Shown here: piece after piece, positions 26,648 to 32,000 of the stretch
Position numbering within the stretch: the stretch's first letter is position 1
Layout of the letters: every line of letters begins with the position of its first letter
Assembly: GCF_000237865.1 (NCBI RefSeq)
Contig: NC_017459.1
Location: forward strand, 1,860,001 to 1,892,000
Reading direction: 5' to 3'
From: Haloquadratum walsbyi C23
Lineage (GTDB): Archaea > Halobacteriota > Halobacteria > Halobacteriales > Haloferacaceae
Length of the DNA: 32,000 nucleotides
Notes under the pieces: generated by a model
The model's database searches: none
What the model was told of the DNA's origin: nothing
The model's input: only the letters and a program-made list of their open reading frames with translations
Program-made: the position numbers and the translations under genes

Positions 26648-26824
26648 ATGCTCAGATCAATCCGCGTCAGTAAGCGACTCTCACCACACCGCTGGGGCGG
26701 GCAGATATTTGAGGTCGAATGTGAGTGTGAATTATGTCTCGAGACAACCATATGTACAGAGTCGCATGACCTGATTGCTTGCTCAGAGTGCCAGGCTGAG
26801 CTACTTCCACAAAAAGCAGTCTAA
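26648..26824 (+). CDS. Small Cys-rich zinc-finger protein (58 aa), below the ORF-track size cutoff
   Basis: My own translation is MLRSIRVSKRLSPHRWGGQIFEVECECELCLETTICTESHDLIACSECQAELLPQKAV. The CxCxxC ... CxxC arrangement resembles haloarchaeal small zinc-finger proteins. Support comes from the motif and the open frame only. Confidence 0.35.
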   Translation: MLRSIRVSKRLSPHRWGGQIFEVECECELCLETTICTESHDLIACSECQAELLPQKAV

Positions 26825-27049
26825 CTATTTATGTAACTTATTACCTAGGTGGTATAAGTCAAATTGATAATAATAAAAGACTACTCCGTGGTATCTGAGT
26901 TCAAGAGATATCATCAGCATCCGTAGCTCATGTACATACAGATGAAGATCAAGCAGTCAATAGAGTCACACTGCTAGATTAGATCATGAATCGATCATTC
27001 ACCCGCTACTACCAATTATTTCTAACATCGCTGCTGTTGCCTAGTGGTA

Positions 27050-29356
27050 TTAATTATCGAAACTGTCCGTACCTTCACTCAGGTCAATCCCCTCAATCGT
27101 ATCACCATCGACTTCATTAGTGTCAATATCATCACCACTGGTGGAGTCCGAGTGAGCGGTACTGATGTCCGTATCAAACCATTCGAGAGCATCTGTGAGT
27201 GAGTGAGTCGGTGGCGAGCAGGCTCGCCCGGAACATGCATAGATAGTCGCCTTACTGTCACGTTGGTGACGTCCTGCCCAGATTGCTGGTGGGGAGTCGA
27301 GTCCCAACTCATCAGTCCAAGACTCAAGTCCTGATACAGTTGCAGGGCGTTGAGAAAGAGGAACTCCCGGAAGATATGTTGATGCAATGTCTGAACGTAT
27401 TGGTTGTGAAAGTTCAGTATCGGTATCATGCGCAATAACAACTTCATCATGCCCACGGGCGCGAGAATCAGCAGCCATTGCTAATGAGATGTGCTCAAGT
27501 GGTCGACCGCGAATCTCATCAGCGTGTGTATCAATGACAGCGCCAGCAATGCCCGAAAAGTCAGTTGATGTGAATGGGTCAACTGCATTGAGTGTCTGCA
27601 CTGCAATTCCAGCACTTGATGAGGTTGATTGATCACGAAGGTCCTGTGGTCGAGCAACAAGTGACTCAGCATCCTCTGGCGTCAGATATAGCGTTTCACC
27701 CGCAGTGTCGTAGAACAGTTCTACGATTGATTCAGCAAGCGTGACTGCAAAAGAAAGATGTTCAACAGCACCGGTGGTTTGATATAAATCAAAAGCACCA
27801 CGCGCGAGGAATGCATAATCGTCAAGATATCCTGTTTCATCTACGTCACCGTCTTTATATCGTCGAGAGAGCCTACCTGAATCGCTGTCCCAGAGATGCG
27901 TGCGAATAAATGAGAGAGCATCATTTGCTAACTCTGTATACTGTTCGGTCTCTAATATTAATCCACCGCGAGCAAGACTAGAGATGGCAAGCCCATTCCA
28001 TGCGGTCAGGATCTTTTCATCTCGGTTGGGACGCTCACGATCCATGCGAGCATCAAAAAGTGAATCACGTGCATCTGCGAGTTGCGACATGATTTCATCG
28101 GTTGTTAATGAGTATTTTGTGGCAAGTTGTGAGACTGATGCAGTAGCGGTGAGAACGGTCGATCCTTCGAAGTTCCCGCCCTCTGTCACGCCAAACCGAT
28201 CAATCGCTATATCTGCTATCTGTTGATCAGTGATTGCATTACGGATCGTCTCTGGCGTCCAAACATAGAATCGTCCTTCTTCACCCTCACTTTGCGCATC
28301 GAGAGTACTGTAGAATCCACCTTCAGGATGTTGAAGTTCGCGTGAGAGAAATGCAAACGTCTCATGAGCGACTCGTGCATATCGATCGCGCCCGGTATGT
28401 TGATACGCAGATAAGTAAACTCGAGAGAGCTCAGCATTATCATATAGCATCTTTTCAAAGTGTGGGACTGTCCACTTACGATCCGTTGCATAACGGTGGA
28501 ATCCACCCCCAACATGATCGTAGATACCACCCGCAGCCATCGCATCAAGTGTCGCTGTCGCAGCATCAAGTGCTGTCTCTCTGTTAGTCTCTGCATGTGC
28601 ACGGATCAGTGCCTCGATTCTCCCCGGTTGTGGGAACTTTGGACCGCGTGAGCCAAATCCACCATATTCATTATCTGTTGCGCGGATTGCAGCCGTAGAT
28701 ACTGATGTGAGAAGATCCATAGTGGAATCATCATCAGCGTCAGAATCTGTCTGAGGTGATGCAATGTCAGGAGCGGGAACATCATCATCATCATCAACAT
28801 CAATACTGGTATCAGCGTTCGTGTCGACCTCAAGTCGATCCTGAAGCGTATCTGCCCATTGATTCGCACGAGATTCAAGCTCTGAACGGTCGTTTTCCCA
28901 CGCGGTCGCGAACGATTGGCAGATCTCTAGGAACCCAGGAGTGTCGCCACGGTCAGATCGCTCTGTCTTTGGGAAATATGTGCCAACATAGAATGGTTTT
29001 CCATCTGGTGTTAGCCAAACAGACAATGGCCACCCACCGCCACCAGTAACAAGCTGACAGATTGTCTGATAGATACGATCAAGATCTGGCCGTTCCTCAC
29101 GGTCGACCTTAATTGGGACAAATGAATCATTGAGGATAGTAGCAACAGTATCGTCCTCAAAACTTTCCTCAGCCATAACATGGCACCAATGACACGCAGC
29201 ATATCCAACAGAGAGAAAAATTGGTTTGTCTGCTGATTCCGCATACTCAAGTGCACGGTCATCCCACGGCTGCCAATTAACGGGATTTTCGGCGTGCTGT
29301 GTAAGATAGGGGCTTGCCTCATTATCAAGTCGATTCCGCACTGGTGTATCCGACAT
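27050..29356 (-). CDS. Thioredoxin-domain plus six-hairpin domain protein (YyaL / DUF255 / SPATA20-like)
   Basis: The N-terminus NRLDNEASPYLTQHAENPVNWQPWDDRAL...PIFLSVGYAACHWCHVMAEESFED is the conserved DUF255 thioredoxin-like domain. An N-acylglucosamine-2-epimerase-like alpha/alpha region follows, and there are acidic inserts and an acidic tail. Confidence 0.9.
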   Translation of the reverse strand: MSDTPVRNRLDNEASPYLTQHAENPVNWQPWDDRALEYAESADKPIFLSVGYAACHWCHVMAEESFEDDTVATILNDSFVPIKVDREERPDLDRIYQTICQLVTGGGGWPLSVWLTPDGKPFYVGTYFPKTERSDRGDTPGFLEICQSFATAWENDRSELESRANQWADTLQDRLEVDTNADTSIDVDDDDDVPAPDIASPQTDSDADDDSTMDLLTSVSTAAIRATDNEYGGFGSRGPKFPQPGRIEALIRAHAETNRETALDAATATLDAMAAGGIYDHVGGGFHRYATDRKWTVPHFEKMLYDNAELSRVYLSAYQHTGRDRYARVAHETFAFLSRELQHPEGGFYSTLDAQSEGEEGRFYVWTPETIRNAITDQQIADIAIDRFGVTEGGNFEGSTVLTATASVSQLATKYSLTTDEIMSQLADARDSLFDARMDRERPNRDEKILTAWNGLAISSLARGGLILETEQYTELANDALSFIRTHLWDSDSGRLSRRYKDGDVDETGYLDDYAFLARGAFDLYQTTGAVEHLSFAVTLAESIVELFYDTAGETLYLTPEDAESLVARPQDLRDQSTSSSAGIAVQTLNAVDPFTSTDFSGIAGAVIDTHADEIRGRPLEHISLAMAADSRARGHDEVVIAHDTDTELSQPIRSDIASTYLPGVPLSQRPATVSGLESWTDELGLDSPPAIWAGRHQRDSKATIYACSGRACSPPTHSLTDALEWFDTDISTAHSDSTSGDDIDTNEVDGDTIEGIDLSEGTDSFDN

Positions 29357-29588
29357 ATGTATTATTAGCCACGCCAGGGCAAAAGCCGTGTGAAGAAACT
29401 TGAAAAGTCTTGAATGGTTCTGATATCATCATCCGATTGATAAACGGACAACATGACTCTATCCACATACATAATCGGATATATTCTTGGGCGACGATAT
29501 ATAGCCACGACATAATCTCATATTCACGTACTATCGGATACAACGACAAAAAGTAAGCTTTACACACTCGTGTGGACCCACTCGGCGT

Positions 29589-30893
29589 ATGAGCAACACT
29601 GAATCAGTGCTTCTTATCGGTGGTGGTGGTCGTGAGCATGCTATCGCTCAAGCATTAACCGTCGATTCAAGATGCACGCTATACGCCTGTGCAGGGAATC
29701 GAAACCCAGGAATCACTGCTCTCACCGCTGATTTTGAATCAATACCAGCAACGAGCGTTGATGCAATTGTTGAGTACGCAACAACGGATCCAGTTAATGC
29801 AGACCTCGCCATTATTGGACCTGAATCGGCGCTTGAGGCAGGAGTTACAGATGCGCTTGACGCAGCCGGTGTGTATACGTTTGGACCAACAGCAGAGGCT
29901 GCACGAATTGAAACCGATAAAGCGTTTCAGCGACAGTTTATGCAATCAAAATCGATTCCAGGATGTCCAGAGTTTGCTGTCTTTGAGGAGACTGCGGCTG
30001 CATGTGAGTATATTGATGCCGCTGAGAATGACCTTGCAGTCAAGCCTGCGGGGCTGACAGGTGGGAAAGGAGTTCGAGTGATTGGGGATCAAGTGACTCA
30101 AAGTGAGGCAAAATCGTACCTTCGAGAAAACGAGTACGAGCAGATTGTGCTTGAAGAGCGACTTGTTGGTGAGGAGTTTACTGTGCAAGCGTTCGTCGCG
30201 AATGGTGAAGTTCGAACGACTCCAGCGATTCAAGATCATAAGCGCGCATACGAGGGCGACACCGGACCAAACACTGGCGGCATGGGAAGTTACAGCGATA
30301 CAACACAGGCACTCCCATTCATGAATGATAAAGAGTACGCAGACGCAGTCGAAATTTTAGAAGCGACTGTTAGTGCATTGCCCAATTATAAGGGAGTCCT
30401 GTATGGTCAGTTTATGCTCACGAGCGATGGACCGCGGGTAATTGAATTCAATGCTCGATTTGGTGACCCAGAAGCAATGAACACACTCCCGATATTGGAG
30501 ACATCGCTTCTTGATATCATGCGCGCGGCACAACATAATGAGTCACTCCCACCACTCAGTTTCAGCAATCAGGCGACTGTGTGTAAGTACGCTGTTCCCG
30601 AAGGATATCCAACAGACCCACAGTGCGGAACACGAATTACTGTCGACGAGGAGTCCGTAGAAAGTGCACAGATATATTATGCAAGTGTTGATGCTCGTGA
30701 AGATGGATTATATACAACAACATCACGTGCCTTCGCTGTTGTTGGGATTGCAGACTCAATTGCAACAGCTGAATCGCAGGCTGAGACAGCGCTCTCTGCA
30801 GCAGATGACGGACTTCGTATACGACACGATATCGGAACACAATCGCTTCTCCAGCGTAGGATCGATCATATGAGTGTAATTCGTGAGGAGTAG
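29589..30893 (+). CDS. purD: Phosphoribosylamine--glycine ligase
   Basis: It shows the N-terminal LLIGGGGREHAIAQAL, ATP-grasp blocks (AVKPAGLTGGKGV, EERLVGEEF, GPNTGGMGSY, IEFNARFGDPE) and a typical length of 434 aa. Confidence 0.95.
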   Translation: MSNTESVLLIGGGGREHAIAQALTVDSRCTLYACAGNRNPGITALTADFESIPATSVDAIVEYATTDPVNADLAIIGPESALEAGVTDALDAAGVYTFGPTAEAARIETDKAFQRQFMQSKSIPGCPEFAVFEETAAACEYIDAAENDLAVKPAGLTGGKGVRVIGDQVTQSEAKSYLRENEYEQIVLEERLVGEEFTVQAFVANGEVRTTPAIQDHKRAYEGDTGPNTGGMGSYSDTTQALPFMNDKEYADAVEILEATVSALPNYKGVLYGQFMLTSDGPRVIEFNARFGDPEAMNTLPILETSLLDIMRAAQHNESLPPLSFSNQATVCKYAVPEGYPTDPQCGTRITVDEESVESAQIYYASVDAREDGLYTTTSRAFAVVGIADSIATAESQAETALSAADDGLRIRHDIGTQSLLQRRIDHMSVIREE

Positions 30894-31106
30894 TAACATG
30901 TCTGAGATGCGCATATCTTCGCGTGGTCAGATGCAGATTAACGGAATTATCATAAGATCAATATTGAATTTAAACACAAACTCATTTTATTCAGTATAGT
31001 CAGTTAACCATCATTTATGAACAGAGATTCCGCCAGTAATGTTCAATTCAACAATCAACACGACAGGCAATGAGTAGGCAGTGCAAAAAGAATAATATAA
31101 TATAAT

Positions 31107-31625
31107 ATGACTGATAGACATCGTCGACTGGATAGAAGCTCAACACCAGGTTCGACAAACTCGTTGTGGAAGTGGACAGACGCGAAACCCGTTTGGATTG
31201 TTATCCGTAATTACATATTTATTATGTTTGCTCGATTGGTTCCATCGCTTCGGGCACGAAACTGGGCGCTCCGTCAACTTGGAGCACATATCGGATCGGG
31301 CGTTTCATGGGGACTTGAGGCAACGCCAGATGTATTCTGGCCAGAATTGATTACAATTGAGGATAATGCTATCATCGGATATGATGCTGTATTGCTTTGT
31401 CATGAATTTCTTCAAGATGAATATCGAACGGGTGAGATCGTTATTGATAAGCGGGCAATGGTTGGGGCAAAGGTGACAATACTGCCGGGAGTTCATATCG
31501 GCGAGGAAGCACAGGTTGCCGCAAATTCTCTTGTAACTCAAGATGTTCCACCACATACAACAGTTGCTGGTGTTCCCGCACAGCAGATGACGAAACAGGA
31601 CGAGCAAGATGCAACTCGCCCATAG
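31107..31625 (+). CDS. Hexapeptide-repeat (left-handed beta-helix) acyl/acetyltransferase, WcaF/LacA-like
   Basis: It has a hydrophobic N-terminal segment and then hexapeptide repeats (IEDNAIIGYDAVLL..., IDKRAMVGAKVTILPGVHIGEEAQVAANSLV), ending VAGVPA. Confidence 0.75.
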   Translation: MTDRHRRLDRSSTPGSTNSLWKWTDAKPVWIVIRNYIFIMFARLVPSLRARNWALRQLGAHIGSGVSWGLEATPDVFWPELITIEDNAIIGYDAVLLCHEFLQDEYRTGEIVIDKRAMVGAKVTILPGVHIGEEAQVAANSLVTQDVPPHTTVAGVPAQQMTKQDEQDATRP

Positions 31626-31799
31626 ACAACTACCTCAGTATCAGCTAATGATGAGTTATAAAAATACAAAGAGAATACCTGCGACTTAGCCGCAGGATGA
31701 ATCCGGCAATTCTAAATCAATCTACGCATGGATAGCCACTCGGAGACTTGACAATCCATGGTTTAAATTGACAGGCAGTCCCATATTTAGATAGGAAGT

Positions 31800-32000
31800 G
31801 AAGTACCACGGGCGCGGTGGCCCGTGGCTTCGCCGTGGTCTCTGGCGGGAAGCCAGCGAAACGACCGGTGGCGAATTTTAATTCCGCCCGCGCTCGTCTC
31901 TGGCGAGACTCGCGTGGAACCAGTAACACCCGAACACATCAAAAGTGCCACCGCAACAGAGGTCGTCTGTTGCTGCCGTGGCGGGCGTGTCCGTGGGCGT
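31800..32000 (+). ncRNA. rnpB: Structured GC-rich RNA, probably the 5' half of archaeal RNase P RNA, continuing beyond the window
   Basis: GC content jumps sharply here. Stable helices include CCACGGGC/GCCCGUGG, UUCGCC..GGUC / GACC..GGCGAA and CUGGC-GGGAA-GCCAG. Motifs occur in RNase P order: AAUUCCGCCCGC (31880-31891; compare CR-I GGAAAGUCCGGGC), CCAGUAACACC (31920-31930; compare CCAGGUAACGCC) and AGUGCCACCGCAACAGAGG (31944-31962; compare AGUGCAACAGAGAG). A TTTAAAT box lies at 31762-31768. No covariance-model check was possible. Confidence 0.5.

Noticed and set aside
31717-31929. A 70-aa minus-strand ORF.
   Set aside because: It overlaps the GC-rich structured RNA candidate and has a basic Arg/Pro-rich composition. 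It is most likely non-coding.

Overview
The window looks like a low-GC haloarchaeal chromosome segment, probably Haloquadratum-like. That call is an inference from the acidic proteins, the AT-rich third codon positions, the Thr/Ser/Asp-rich inserts in conserved enzymes and the ISH-type insertion sequences.

Housekeeping genes, left to right:
- A GT-C-like membrane protein that is truncated by the window edge and is missing from the ORF track.
- A three-gene Fe(III)-type ABC importer on the minus strand (Tat-lipoprotein SBP, permease, ATPase).
- A plant-RGP-like GT75 glycosyltransferase.
- A DCC-family CxxC protein and a DUF123 GIY-YIG protein.
- A 1036-aa FAD/Fe-S lactate- or glycolate-type dehydrogenase.
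- cysK, a thioredoxin-like protein, a YyaL/DUF255 protein, purD and a hexapeptide acyltransferase.
- A probable RNase P RNA running off the right edge.

The accessory part (about 12.9-26.1 kb) is a graveyard of mobile elements:
- lctP is split by an ISH4-group IS1595 element with a perfect 8-bp target duplication, and that element's own transposase is frameshifted in an A8 run.
- An IS4-type element (10-bp TSD) carries a second IS4/IS701-like element nested in its right end (5-bp TSD). It sits next to a degenerate TnpB pseudogene.
- A second, intact IS1595 element is present.
- There are at least three further IS1341/TnpB 3'-end remnants.
- A roughly 250-bp MITE has Tn5-like CTGTCTCTTACC termini. 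Its two copies both sit inside GC-rich 'GAAGCC-hairpin' sequences that look like TnpB right ends.

Between these elements lies a small islet of orphan genes: a split roughly 355-aa protein, an HExxH membrane zincin-like protein, two small acidic proteins and a glycine-zipper protein.

I found no CRISPR array, rRNA or tRNA. The most interesting unexplained signal is the network of TnpB-end-like hairpin repeats and MITEs, which are candidate omegaRNA-like or REP-like RNAs.
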